Below are positions 11,242 to 24,450 of a stretch of DNA of 64,000 nt, one piece after another. Both the position numbers and the translations under genes were made by a program. Position 1 is the first letter of the stretch. The number at the start of each line of letters is the position of its first letter. The stretch is from Podarcis filfolensis. Lineage: Eukaryota. The notes below the pieces were generated by a model. The model was not told where the DNA came from. It worked only from the letters and a program-made list of their open reading frames with translations, and did not search any database. Location of the stretch: NCBI GenBank assembly GCA_964270895.1, contig OZ185437.1; one strand, 5' to 3'.

Positions 11242-14200
11242 GAACAGGCAGTCTCACCCCTCCCCCCAGACTCAAGAACTCAGAACACCTCTGTCTTTTG
11301 AGGATTCAGCATCCCATTTCTCCCAGAATGCATTTCCAACAGCAGCCATTCCAGTCAGCAGAAGAACAACGATGCAACTACTATACTGTATATATGAAAC
11401 AACCAATGGCATGGTTCGGTGGCTAACTGAATGCCTTCAGGAAGGTAGGAGGCAGGAATGAAGTCAAAAGCCTTCTAATACAAAGTATTTGGTATTCAGC
11501 AACTTAGGTGCTTGCTATTCAGAGACTAGCAACAGAATGTCAGAATGTGAAATGACAGCGTGCAGCAGCTACAGCCAGCCACGCCATCTTTCAGGACGGA
11601 AGAATTTCCATCTTTCCCCCTCACACAACACTCTGCTTTCTGCAGCCACTGAGCATTCAGAGTTCTCATTTTGCTGTTTGGGGGTTCCTCCTTAGGTTGT
11701 TTCTCTAAAAGTACTTCCGCAAATATTGGGAGTTTCCCAATTTCTGCTACATAAGGATTGTCAGAGAACGAATGCTTTATTAGTATACAGAATACAGTCT
11801 TTGACCATAGCAAGTGGACTGAAATTGGTGCCATTGTACCCGCAGAATGACACACTAGAGGTGTCTGATAATGGAAGAGGCAGATTCTGCCTTTCCTGTT
11901 GTTCCCTGAAGCTGAATTTCTGGCGATGCTGAGGGTGAAGGGAAGAGGGGGGACAGGCAAAAACTGACTCAATATCTCTTTCCTGGACAGTCACAGTCAT
12001 TGAGACCCCACTCAGCAACTGGATACCATTTTTGCCCCATTTGCCATTCTGCTGCAGAGGGTACTCATTTTGAGAGATCTTCCTAGAGCTCTTCATGGTA
12101 TGCTTTTAACTTCACTGTACTAACTGGATGCCCTCTGAAAACCTCTGCTCTTGCTACTCCGCCCTGGCTTCAGATCAGTTCTGAATGTTAATGCAAACAG
12201 TCCCCACACAGCTCCTGTATTGTGAAAATGGTCCACTCCTGCAGCTTTCTGCTCTTTAACCAGCTACAGCTGCTGCCCCATGATTCATATCCTGTGTGAC
12301 GGCGAAGTTTGCTCAGGAGTCTTGGGTGTCAAAAGCCCAATTGTCTATTGAATCACACCATCAATATGCTTGTTGACACTCTCAAAAGAATTCTGAAAGG
12401 TTGATAAGGGAAAAACTTCTCTTTGCAGAGGCCATGTGATGCAACATCGCCAAGGCTTGTTCTTTTGCATGTAACTGGCATAGGATTAATGCCTCCTCCC
12501 ATATGTACTTACGAGTGTACTCATGTTTCAGAAGCCACGCTCAGTTACTCTCTGAGGCCTGAAATTCTGTAGATACTAGGGATTCTTCAGTCACTGCACC
12601 TCAGCTCTGGAAAGCCCAGCTTCTGGCATATAACCCCAACCTAGCTATTTAGACAAGCCTTTGGGCAGGTTAGCATAGTTACTAGCTGTGGCATATATTT
12701 TACGAGATGGGTCTTTTTTCCTTAGCTCAGCTTTTTATTTTTAAATGTATCACTTTATGTTGCATGGCAGCTACAAGCAAAACAAAGGCAAGACAAAAAT
12801 TATTGGGGGGGGGATGGACACTGATCTAAAATTCTCAAGATCCATGTTTTAAGATGGGTGCTCATCATAAATGAGGCATACATTCACTAAATCACTTTGG
12901 GAATAATGGAAGACTGACCAGAAGTTTAGTTTGGCATGTAATATATGTGAAAGCGCAGACCCACGTATACAGCAGCATAGCCTTACTACATTATTTTTTG
13001 TTTTTCAAGATTTTCTCCCACAGTGATTCTATTCAGAGGCTTCTAATCTATTGCGTTCAAGAACCTCTGGCATATAAAGCACAAACGCTGTTACAACAGA
13101 CTCCGTCCCTATGTAGATTCTATATCTGGGCATTATTAACTTATAGTAATTCCAAGATATCACAACATACGCCCCTTCAACTGTACAGAAAATCTTCTAG
13201 ATGCTCACTAAAAAGATTGGAGTCATAACCAAATGAGACATTTGCCACACTTACCTGAAACCAGATGGGATTCATCTTGTATGGGAGACTTATACAGGTG
13301 CAACATCAGGAGCCTTGTGTTCAACTTGACGAAGGTTTTGACTAATTTAGAGTCTTCATAACAGCAGAGAAATGTATGATTTTAAGGCTGCCCCTAAGGA
13401 AACACCACCTTTCTTATTAAAGGAGACCATGGGTGAGATGCAAAGTGGCACCAGTGGGAATCTGCTCATGCAACAGGTCTTCCCCCTCCTCTCTTCCCTC
13501 CGCAGAACCCCAAAAATCTGTTTCAGAGGGTTGGGGCCCTTTGGGCCGTATTTTGGGGGCACCCAGGAAACGGGAACAGAGAAACCAGATTTTCATTGTG
13601 CAGGCAGGCAGGACATCCTTGGATGTTGCCCCAAGAGAAGGTAGAGCTGCCCTCCTCCTTCATCTCTAACCTCCAGCTAAATGCCAAAGCACTCTGAATC
13701 GGACAGATTCATAAAGGGGGTGGGGGATGTGACCATCTCTTTTTAACAGTGAAGAGGCACCCGAACTTGTACTTCAGCAGATTTCCAAGGAAAATTAATT
13801 TCACAGCAGAGGAGCAGCCTCTAATAACACTTCCATTACTTGTTCTTGCAGCCCCATCTTGAGGTATACTAGAAAATTTAAGAGACCATTGTTCAAACAT
13901 TCTCAGATTCCACACAGTGCGGCGAAGGAATAGGAAATGTGTCTTTGTTGTGCAGGGCGCAGACTATCTGGAGCACCAGAGGTTCTAAGCAGAACTTGGA
14001 ACTGATCCTGTACAATGTTGGGAAGTCAACGCAGGCTCTGAAACGCTGTTAAGTACTCCTGCGCTCTCTGCACAAGTCAAAGCTTTCAGACTGCCGTCCA
14101 AGGGCAGCTGTGTGACGAGCACAGTATATGCCTGAAATGTGGATTGCACTGTAATTTGTGCCAGCATAATTCTCTCGTGCGTTCTAGTATATTTCAGTTG

Positions 14201-17200
14201 CCTGTAATTGGAATGTTCGGTAAGCTATACTGGGGGAAAGACTGCATTTTCTCAGTGACAAAATATGGCAGTCAGGATGCCAGCGAAATGCAATACCCCA
14301 GAAACAAAAGCTCTTCTTTGGGCAAAGATATCTGGATCCTCCACAACTGCATGTGGAAGGAAAAACAGGGTTAATCTGACCATGGAAGATGGCCTGAGCT
14401 GTTTCAGGCAGCAAAGTGAACGTGCTTTCTCCTAAGACACCCTGCCCCATAGAAATCACTGTCCTACAAACGAAGATAGTGGTGGAATGAAGGCAATAAA
14501 GCCAGTTTAAAAACATCTAGCCCTAGCACTGGCTGAGGCAGGGGGTGTACGAGGGGCAGAAGAGATGCAATGCAGTACTCTGATTCAGGCAGCATTCTGG
14601 ACTAGCAGTGTAGAAAAGTTGCCTGACCTCACCAGTTATTTATCAGGGCAAAAATCCCAATGTAATTTTGGAAAGCTGAGAACCTAGAGTGATGACAATT
14701 CTCTGGATCAGCTATAACCCCAACCGTATGTCTGTATGCATATAGAATAGGATATCTCGCTTTAATGATGCTCCCAACCTAAAACAGGGTTTTTAGGAAT
14801 GTGACCTTCTTTTGAAAAACGTATTTGGGACTTAGAAAGGGCTCTGGTTGCCAAAACTTTCTTGAGGTTAGGCTGATGTCAATCTTCAAGTCTTTGACCA
14901 GTACTGCACACAGAGGATCATATCCTGTGTCCATTCCACCACTCCACTCCCAGAATGTGACAAAAGACCGATTCTTTTCTTGTTGAAGAAGTTTGAAAGA
15001 CATAAGCAACAAGGGGCTCTTACACCATCATCAGCAAGATGACTTCCTATGTCCATAGATCCCCCCCTCCCCCCCCCCCCGGAGATAGCAGGTGCCCATG
15101 AATAAGATGGAAAAGAAAGACAGGATGATTTGACCTGAATTCCCTTTCCGCCCTCTGCCCCCCCGCCCCCATTGCTTGGGAAGAGATTAGTCACAGCTGC
15201 TATGTACAGGAAAGCCAATCTCTTTCATTCCGTGCTCAACGTGGGCAGATGGGTACCTTCAGAACCGGGGAAGGAAAACCTATTGCCTGGTTTTTTATGC
15301 TTCTGAGGAGTCCCACTGAACATGAATAAATACTGTGAGCGCACGTAGTACTGAAAGAACAGTGGGCCAGAACAATAATTGGGATTCCTTTTCACAACTA
15401 GTTAAGAGAAGCAGCTGCAGGAAAATCCTGAGACTCCATCTTTCCTAACTGAGGGATACAGCAAAGGAACAGATAGCCGTCAACCTGGAAATATTTAATA
15501 CCAGACTGAATTGTCAGACCAGGAACCTCTGGGAAGGAGGGAGCTTCCGCATGGCTAGCAGATATTGGGATTTGTTCCTTCCTACAGTTCTAAGGACATA
15601 TTGCTCAGAATTAATACACAAGCTGTGCTCATATTAGTCCTTAAAGTCTTAAATACTTGCAAATTCTAAGCAATTCTCCTCCTCCTCTAAATTATAAACC
15701 TCTAAGACAAATGTTTTCATTCTCACTTGCTTTTTCCTTTCTCTTTTTTATCACTCTTTTTATAAATTGAATTCTTCGAATGAAATATTAATAAATAAAA
15801 TCTTTCAGTTTAACCTACTTCACAGGACTGTTGGAAGGATAACTCTAGGGGAAAGGCTACAGAGGATTTGTGTTCCTTGTATGCAGGAAGGGCAAAATAA
15901 AATGGAATCCATCTAGGAGAGTAAAAAAACCCCAACTACTGTCGATACACCAAGTACATTGTACATCCAATGTCAGCAACTAGTTTTTGGAAGGCCGGTT
16001 TGAAGATGGGATTCGGGACAGCTGATGCTAGCAAGTTGCAACAGCCACACTCCTCCACAACCTTCAGTTGCATCAGGCTTGTTAATTTGGAGGGGGGGGG
16101 GAAGCAGCTGGTACTTCTCAGGAGACCCAAGTTTGGGCAGCCAGTTTATGATCCCTAGTAACATTACTTAAAGTTCTCACGTTGTAAAAATGTTAGTTCC
16201 TTTCTGAATTTAATCAATACCTGTCAATGATACTGGAGGGAACACAATTTGGGGAGGCAAGTATGCTGTTCTGACCATATAGCCATCTTTATATTATGAA
16301 CTTTTCATAAAGGAAGAAATAAAGTTTGGCATAGGGCTAAAATCTTTCATAAGAAGTATTTGTTCTGTGAACTGAAAATCTGGGCCATATAATATAGCTA
16401 GTGGTGATTCAAAGCAACAATATTCCAGGAATAGGAAACGTAATATTTTAGTATTTTACAAAATATTGTACATATTATATTAATCATTTAGCAAACATTG
16501 GCAAAACATCAATGTTAAATATCAATTGTGTGCTAACTCAGACCTGGCTTCCTTTCTCCTGTGTTTTTAGAATCTCTCTTTCTCTCTTCAGTCATTATCT
16601 TCCTTAGTTTTCCCCTTCCTCATTATGGGGATAACGACCCCTCTCTATTTTTGTAAATGTTCGTCCTGTAAATACCAATAAAGATGTACAGTGCTCAACT
16701 CAAAGTTCAGTCATTCTGAAAACACAGCAGCAGCTTTTATATATCACAGTTACAAATCAGTGTATATCCAAGTGAATCCAACTATTTAAACGAAGAGACC
16801 TAACTTATGCCCAATTATTTCTTTGATTGTGCCTTTTATGTACAAGTTCCACTAAAATCATTGAATTTTCCTTCCATGTCTGTTCCCTAATCCACATCGC
16901 AGAAAGGCTCTGACATGCATAGAGCTCCAAAGTAGATGGTGTCCCATTAAGAAAGGAAAAGCTCTTTCCTTTCTCCTTCCATCACTGGATGTCACAACAA
17001 TCCATTGCTTATGATGACAGGAACAAGTTTCATATTCTGCTGGGCTCTTTCTTCAACACAGAAGCAAGGAGTTCCAAAGCTTTTGCTTCTGTATTTCATC
17101 AACCACAGCTTGATAGGCTGTTATAGCTCAATAATATGTTGCTGACTATTGTTGGTTTGAAACAAGCCGACTTCAAACTATCTGTATGGAACTGGCTTGC

Positions 17201-17363
17201 TTAAATAAACCAAAGTTAAGATGAATCACAGATTAGGATTCAGACATTAACATTCAACTGAGATTAATTTATATTTAAAGCAAAAGCTTCTTATCAATGC
17301 CCTGTGGCATTGATGCTGCATTAGGGTGCAAGTTAGGCTAGTTTCCATCATGATAAACCAGGG

Positions 17364-18914
17364 TTTATTGTGACCTCTGAACACAGTCGTTGCATGTACA
17401 GATCTTTCATCGTTCAAGCAAATGGCATTCCTCATTGAACAAATCACCTGCATCTTGCTATGCAGAAAGGAGCCAAGCAATTTTCAATCAGGCTGTTGGG
17501 TCAAACAAATGGTTGAGAATTAGAACTCTTCACAGAGCACCCAACAGTTAACATCTATCAAACTCTGGATAAATGGAGATGCAGATGCTTCATACTTCTA
17601 AGGATAACCTACATTTTTCTTCATCAATTCTCTCGTTATCCAGATAATATTTTTTTAGAACCAGTCGCCTTAATGCTTCTAATCACCTGAAGACACAAAT
17701 AAAAAAAGTCTGACACAAAGAGCATCATGCTTATTATTTTATTGTCCTCTCAATGCTAGCGGAATACACATGGTTCACTGATCGTATTCAAATTCCTGCA
17801 TATTTCATCTGCAGAACAAATTACTGACATTACAGGCACAATACTAGAAACAGAAGGGGGGAAATTATGTACCGTTTTGTTGCACATTGCCAAATGTTAG
17901 ATTATTTTTTTTACTTACTCTTGAGGTAATGACAATTTCTCATTCCTCAGACTTTCTACAATCCGATCAAACCTATTAATCAAAGGCCATGATTTCTGAA
18001 AACTGTAAATATTCATAATAGCTCCAAAGACTACACCCAAACTGGCTTCACCTAACACCATGACCACGACTACTTTGTTCAATTACTTCAATACTACTCT
18101 GGGCACCATCTACAACAAACAGAGAATTCAGCCTGAAATCCTATACAAAATTGCCTAGAAGTAAGTCCCACTGAAATCAATGGGGCCTACTTCTGAGTAG
18201 ACATGTGAAGGATTGTGCTGTTCATCAATTACATCCAAATCTCAGCCACAGCTAACATGTCCAACATGCAGTAATCCATTAAAACTACAGTCACACACAT
18301 GGCACATTCCCAAAGACTGCACTGCTTAGAAGGAACAAACAACAGTTGTACTTTGACCACTCTATATCAATACTTAAACCATCAAGACTTTTAAAAGTGT
18401 CACAAACAGAATTGGAAAATGCAAATTAACAGTTGTTTCCGTAGTTTCAGGTTCTTAACAGTCTGACCCTTCCGCTTCGTTGAATGTGAGACATTCCTTC
18501 CTCCTATTTCTAAACAAATAAGTAGTACTGAACCTTATGATACACAGATAAACTATCCTTTTTTGCCTTTGTGAGATCATCCAAATGTTTAAGGCATTTC
18601 CCTTTTCAGCATGTGGACTAAGGAATTTGTACTTGCACTGGAAAAGTTAAGCTTTTATTTAAGAAGGAAACGCTGGTTTTATTTTGCCTAATTTTAAGCA
18701 AGTGGTTGAATCTCTCCCATTGAAATCTATGGGACTCAAACATGCTGAACTTCAGCAGGATTCTGTCCTTCACTTGCTATGGAAATTCACAGGTGAAAAA
18801 AGGGCAGGGAACCAAGCCTTGTTAAGAGAAGATCTATAGGCCTGGTCGAGAGCCAGCAAGAGGCAGCATGTTTAAAAAGTGTTGAAGCAGCGTATGTTTT
18901 AGCTTGGCTCTCTT
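17364..18914 (-). other. KIDINS220: KIDINS220 3'UTR (extent uncertain); minus-strand AATAAA candidates at 18678-18683, 18654-18659, 17738-17743, 17364-17369
   Basis: Follows the stop codon; TTTATT hexamers read on the + strand; which site is used cannot be told from sequence. Confidence 0.45.
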
Positions 18915-20189
18915 TTAAAGAATACTTTCCCTCTCTTCTCCAAAGCCTGCACCATCAGAGCCAGTAACAGTAAGGAGCTCAGAAGAATCTTTCGAAAGCC
19001 TGGCATAACTCGAGCGCTGGCTACGCTTATGGGCCACACCTTTGATGTTATCATTTTGTACCGGAACAGAATTAGGACTCGGTCCGGGGCACAAAATGAT
19101 CTGAGAGTGCTCTCTCATGCTCTCAATCTCCTCAAAATTCTGATTAGCTCGGTTGGTTGGCTGGTTGGCGCTGTTGTTATTCAGCGTGACTGTGCTGGGT
19201 GTTCGGTTTAGGTTGTAGGCTTTCTGGCATGCTGGCCAGTTCTCTTCAGGGCTGCTGGCTATTAAGCTGCTGTCCGAAGGGCTTTTCTTGTCTTCCGAGC
19301 AGATTGACATACGTGCCATGGTTGCGTCTTGGAGGCCGCTCAAGCTGAGGGGGATTCCCCGTTTCCCACTGCGGCCATCGTCTTCAAGCTCAATGAGATT
19401 TGCTTTTTCGAGCTGGGAGTCATCTGTATCGTTGTGGAGAGAGTGGTTTGGAGAACTTTCACTGGATCTTACCCCAGAGTCAGAGGAGTCCTTTTTGTCG
19501 AGAAGAGCATCCGTCAAGTACTCTTTTGCTTTAATCAGGGTTCGAATGGGCTCAGATCCATGTTCTGGAGATTTGGGCTGCTTCTCTGCTTTCCCTTCGA
19601 CTTTTCTGTCTTTACCTTCCTTGAGGAGGGGAGTGTTATCAGACTCTTCTGTTCCAGACTCATCTTCATCACTTGGAAGTTTCTGGTAGCGCAGAGCTAC
19701 ACCCTTCAGCTTCAGGTCTGCAGCTTGGAAGATGCTGGTTCTTTCAGAAGATTTCTTCCCTGAGAGAAGTTTGGAGCCAGACTGATCTGATTTTTCATCT
19801 TCTTCCGTGATGGGATCCAATGGAGACGCATCGCTAGTAGACACACCTGATGTACTATAATCTACAACATCATTCCGTTTAATCAAGAAGGACTTCCTTC
19901 CATCATCTTGCTTTTGCTCAGCATCCTTTCCCTTATCTTGTTCCACACTGGAATGAAGGGAGCCTGTTGATGTGCTCTGGCCCATATAGAAGGCTGCTGA
20001 ACTGTGAGGGGAAGATCTACCACTCACCGTGCTAGAACTGGCACCCCCTTCTAATTGTGACATTTGAGCAATATATTCTCTATATGCATCTCTATATTCT
20101 GCCTGTACCTTATCGGTAAGCTTTGAAATTTCAATACTAGAATCTTGAGAATTCAGGCTTGAAAGACTTGGCGTCCGACGGGCCTGTGA
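18915..20189 (-). CDS. KIDINS220: KIDINS220/ARMS terminal coding exon (SQARRTPSLSSLNSQDS...FGEERESIL*): kinesin-light-chain interacting region and C-terminal PDZ-binding motif ESIL
   Basis: Acceptor TTTGTACAG|TCA at 20189, 425 codons open to TAA, strong similarity to the mammalian C-terminus. Confidence 0.98.
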   Translation of the reverse strand, partial: SQARRTPSLSSLNSQDSSIEISKLTDKVQAEYRDAYREYIAQMSQLEGGASSSTVSGRSSPHSSAAFYMGQSTSTGSLHSSVEQDKGKDAEQKQDDGRKSFLIKRNDVVDYSTSGVSTSDASPLDPITEEDEKSDQSGSKLLSGKKSSERTSIFQAADLKLKGVALRYQKLPSDEDESGTEESDNTPLLKEGKDRKVEGKAEKQPKSPEHGSEPIRTLIKAKEYLTDALLDKKDSSDSGVRSSESSPNHSLHNDTDDSQLEKANLIELEDDGRSGKRGIPLSLSGLQDATMARMSICSEDKKSPSDSSLIASSPEENWPACQKAYNLNRTPSTVTLNNNSANQPTNRANQNFEEIESMREHSQIILCPGPSPNSVPVQNDNIKGVAHKRSQRSSYARLSKDSSELLTVTGSDGAGFGEERESIL

Positions 20190-20735
20190 CTGTACAAATA
20201 GAAAGAAAACACATTAATACAAAGTCAGCAGAGTTGACACCAGTCCTTCAAAACAGAAAAGACATTCACCCCAAGAACACAGTTGTGAACAGAGCAGCGT
20301 AACACTTGGCTCCTTCATAACCAAAGAGTACCAACAGCTCAGTGGTATAGAGTACGCCTTGCATACGGTGGGAATACTCAGTGTTGTGGGCATACCAACT
20401 ATTACCTGTGCACAGAACTTTGAGCAGTATGTTCACTTACTATATAAATATTTTTACGGACAACTTGAGATGCATGCATTTCTGCATCTCTTATTTCAAG
20501 CATCTTATTTACCTGATGCTTAGAATAAAAGGGTGAGAGAATGTATGATTCCTGCCAGGTATACAGGAACACAGAGACATCTATAATGCAACATATTTTT
20601 GTCCCTTTCTACAGTGCTGCATGAAAAAGTTCGCTTCAATGGAGGAGGCAACCATAAAAATCTTGCATATACACACACACACCTGCATTTATGCAAGTGC
20701 ACACATGCAAGGTGTCTGTTGCAGAAAGCTGGTCT

Positions 20736-20738
<3 letters not shown>

Positions 20739-20778
<40 letters not shown>
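20739..20778. repeat. (AC)n microsatellite
   Basis: Perfect AC run of 40 nt. Confidence 0.95.
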
Positions 20779-20781
<3 letters not shown>

Positions 20782-21113
20782 ATTTATGCATTCAGAGTTG
20801 CCTCTCCATTGAAGTGAAAGGGGGAAACAGTGCCAAATAGGAGATTTCTATGTCTCCATCTGGTGTTTTGTAAGTCACTTTGCATATCAAGGAACTAAAC
20901 TGAAACAACAACAACAACAACAACAGGACCTGAAATGGGGTTTATATTTGTAACTCCAGAAAATACATTTAATGAACATAAAATGTGGCATTTCCTCTTC
21001 ATGCCACCACTGCCTGCTGATTTGGGTGAGGGAGGAAGCTATTTGCTCTGTAAAATTGCTAATGTTAAGAGAGAGAGAATGGGCTGAGATTAAGTCTATG
21101 TCGAAGAGAGTAC

Positions 21114-21359
21114 CTGCCAACTCAGGTTACTATGACGTGGAGGGGCTTCTTCTAAACCAATGGTGTTCAACTCTTCAAAGCTGAAGTTGAGAGCGTAGGG
21201 GGCTTGACCCGGAAGACCAGTCAGTTCAGTATGAGGCAATTCAGTGTTCAGTGCAGGACGACGAGCAAGATCATTATGAGGTATGGTACTGGCGTGTTCA
21301 TTTGCTGCCCGGGAATCTTCATGGGCAGCCTGACTCTCAACATTTCTCAAGTCAAGTAC
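21114..21359 (-). CDS. KIDINS220: KIDINS220 penultimate exon (VLDLRNVES...HSNLSWQ)
   Basis: TGTGTTAG|GTA acceptor, CAG|GTACTC donor, 246 nt, phase 0-0. Confidence 0.95.
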
Positions 21360-21818
21360 CTAACACAGAAAATGCAGCAATTAGGATGCAGCATGAAAAG
21401 CTCTGAAAAGATAATCTGGTTGAGGTGATTATACACTGGATAAACAAGTCAAAGAGTATAAAGCTGCGAAGCACACTTCTGTGAGAAAACCAGGATTTGT
21501 GAAAACCCTTGAAAAAGTTCTTTGAAATCACTGAAAAGCTATTCTGGAAAATTGGGAGACCCAGCAGAGCAGGTCCTACTGTAACATAATGAGAAGGGGA
21601 AACCTGAAAACTCTCACTGCGTGTATATGAAGACATGTGCACAAAGGACTCTTTGGAACCTGTACTGTGTTTGTGAACACTTTTCACAAACAAGCTAAGA
21701 CATACACATTTATGCAAGTACACGGTATCAAGATGTTTGCTCCAAAACACCAATCTTATATAATTGTGTGTGAAACAATGGACCGTTTCTAGTAAGTGGG
21801 ATAAGAGCATCACTTTAG

Positions 21819-22088
21819 TATGGGGTTGGGCAACCTGTGGCACTCCACTTAATTCCAAAAGCTCTCTGCAAGTGATCAGTTCAAGCCTACGGCAAGACTG
21901 ATCCATCCCTTTCCTGGCAGCCCGCGGGGTGGGAAGGCAAAAGAGAAAAAGTAAAAGGGGTAAGTAAAAGCCACTTTTGGCTCTGCCCACCCAATCACAG
22001 GCTTCGGCCCATCAGCTCGGCATGCAGCTCTGACAGATCACCCCCAAAGGAATGCAGCCCTCAACAGAAAAAAGGCTGGCCAACCCTG
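21819..22088. mobile_element. degenerate hAT-like MITE
   Basis: Inverted termini GGGGTTGGGCAACC...GGCTGGCCAACCCTG. Confidence 0.5.
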
Positions 22089-23313
22089 CTTTAATAAATA
22101 ACTCCTTTCTTTCCCCAATGCCTCCTATAAATACTCACCCAGGCTTTCTATGAGTGCACTGACAGGGCTGAAACAGACAACTGTTCAAGGCCGCAAAGCC
22201 TTGTAAAAAGCAAACATTCCTGGCACAGTGCTGCCACTTTATATAAAAACACTATGCCAGATACGATGTCAGACATTATTTTGCAGGAGCAAGGCCTTAG
22301 AGTTAGACAAATCAAAGCATGCAAAGGCTGCATTTCCATGTATAGTACCTGGTGCTAAACCAAGAGTGAGAAACCTTTCTTTGGCTGAGATCTACAAAGT
22401 TTCATGGCAAACCCTATGGGGAACAGGGATGGGCGATATATTGTGCAAAACCGGTTTGAAGCTGGTATCATGATATGGGTTTCATAATTTCTGACCTGAC
22501 CATGTATCACGAATCATGGTTTGTGTGTGCGCTACCCAAAAATCACAATGTGCAAAAACCATGAAACCAGCCAACGCTTCTCTCGATTCCTGCAGTCCCT
22601 GCTAACTCTGCCGCCTCAACTCTCCCCTGCCACCTGGAGGGAGCAGCAAATCACAAGAGCAGGAGCCAGCAAAAATCACGATGCAGGAAAATATGTGAAG
22701 CCAGCTGACATAGCTCCATCCTTACTTCAGACATCGTGATATATAGGTATATTACAATGTTTAGTTGCTGATATATCACAATGTTGAAACCCAGATATCA
22801 CCCAGCCCGACTGGGGACCACAAGCCCAAAACGAATGTGGTCAAAGGAAGAACATCTCCCCCTTGCAACTTGCTCACACATGCAACACATCCATTCACTC
22901 TCTCACATGCAATCTCTCTCAAAATAACCTTTTCAGTCTCGATATTTAGGCTCCTCCAAAAAACCATCTTCCTGGACAAGAGGAAGGATTTTAAAGCAGA
23001 GGGTGGGGTTGCAGCCTGAGAGGAAAGGCTAGCTTTTCACTGCCCCACTGTGCCACATTTAGGCTTCAATAACCCACCAATGGGATCAATAAGAGGATTT
23101 TGTGAAGCCTAAATGTGGTACTGGTAGGTGAAGGGGTTGGGAGTTGATGGTGCAGGCAGGGTGGGGAGCATCCAGACTGTGAGCCAGCAATTCCCAGCCC
23201 CTGTGCTAACTCCTACTAAGGACAGTGGGAGTTACTTCCAAGCTAACATGACTAGCATCTAGCCACACGTCAACAAGGCATTTGTATTTACATAAAACTT
23301 AAAATGCTCTTAC

Positions 23314-23412
23314 TGCACTTCTGAAGAGATGCCAGTCGCCAAAATTCATGTTCATCTCTCTCTTCAGTTCATCAATGTTGCACTGTGCTAAAACGCGACC
23401 GTTTATATTGGC
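23314..23412 (-). CDS. KIDINS220: KIDINS220 exon, SAM-like domain ([33 protein letters not shown])
   Basis: AG/GT bounded, 99 nt, phase 0-0; missed by the ORF track. Confidence 0.97.
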
Positions 23413-23989
23413 CTAAACAAATTTTAAAAACACAAAACAGATAAACACACCCTTGCCATCTGTAAATATTTCGTAAGCTAAAAACCCCCCTGAAATTGAA
23501 TTTCACGTGAAAGTACACGGTTAATACGAGTGGGATAGAATAACTGTACCTTTTGCAAGAAGAAATTAAACACTTTGATAAAATATGCAAACTTATAATT
23601 TCCACTATGGCATAAAACAAATTGTAAATTTGTAATGTCAAGAAAACAAATCAAATGCATCATATTCCTTAATTACGTATAGGGAATTTGCATTTTCTGG
23701 ATTTAAATCTGGCCTTTCAGAAAGCCTTCTCACAAGGCAGTTTACGAAAATATATTCAAACAACAACAAAAAAGAATGGATAAATCAACATAACAAAAAC
23801 AGTCCATCTGAAAATATTTCAAAAAGCAAGTCAGCAAATGTAGATTTAGAAACTTTAAACAAAATGCCTTAAAAAAAAATATTAAGCGCTTAAAAGTGTA
23901 AGAGGGCAAATTTCCCCAGGGACAGAAGCCCACAAGCAAGGTGGTGCTGCAGAAAAGGCTCCATCTCTGGTTCACATAAAACAAGCATG

Positions 23990-24450
23990 AGATGACTATC
24001 TTAAATGTCTGATAAGTTCATACTGGCAAAAGCAGTCCTGGGAGTCCAAGGCACTGAGGGCTTTAAAAGTCAAAACCAGCACCTTAAATTGAGCCAAAAA
24101 ATATATATCAGTAAACCAGTGTAACTGGTGTAGGATAGGTATCGCCTGATCCAACCAGCATGCTAATATCAGTATTTTGGCGGCTACATTTTCAACCAAT
24201 TAAGTTTCCAAGCTGTCTTTTATGGCAGCCTCATGTAGAAAGCATTGCAAAAATCTGGATGTACCAGCACATGAATAATTTAAACCAGGTCTGTTTTCCT
24301 CAAACAGGGACACAGTTGGCAAAATCAGCCAAAATAGAAAAAAGATAATCTGAAACGCTGATGCCATCTGAGCCTCTAAGGTTAGTGCTAGGTCCAGGAA
24401 AATTCCCCCAGCTGCAAATTTGATCCTTCAGAGGAAGTGAGACATGAGTA
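23990..24450 (-). mobile_element. L2-clade LINE fragment
   Basis: ILHQLHWF...AQFKVLVLTFKAL motif characteristic of the L2 ORF2 C-terminus. Confidence 0.8.

Noticed and set aside
14886-15218. Minus-strand ORF with protein-like DIGSHLADDGVRAPCCLCLSNFFNKKR
   Set aside because: No phase-0 acceptor with a pyrimidine tract; the ORF runs through G homopolymer tracts
15325-16682. Cluster of plus-strand AATAAA hexamers suggesting another transcript end
   Set aside because: AT-rich context makes these expected; no upstream exons or promoter found
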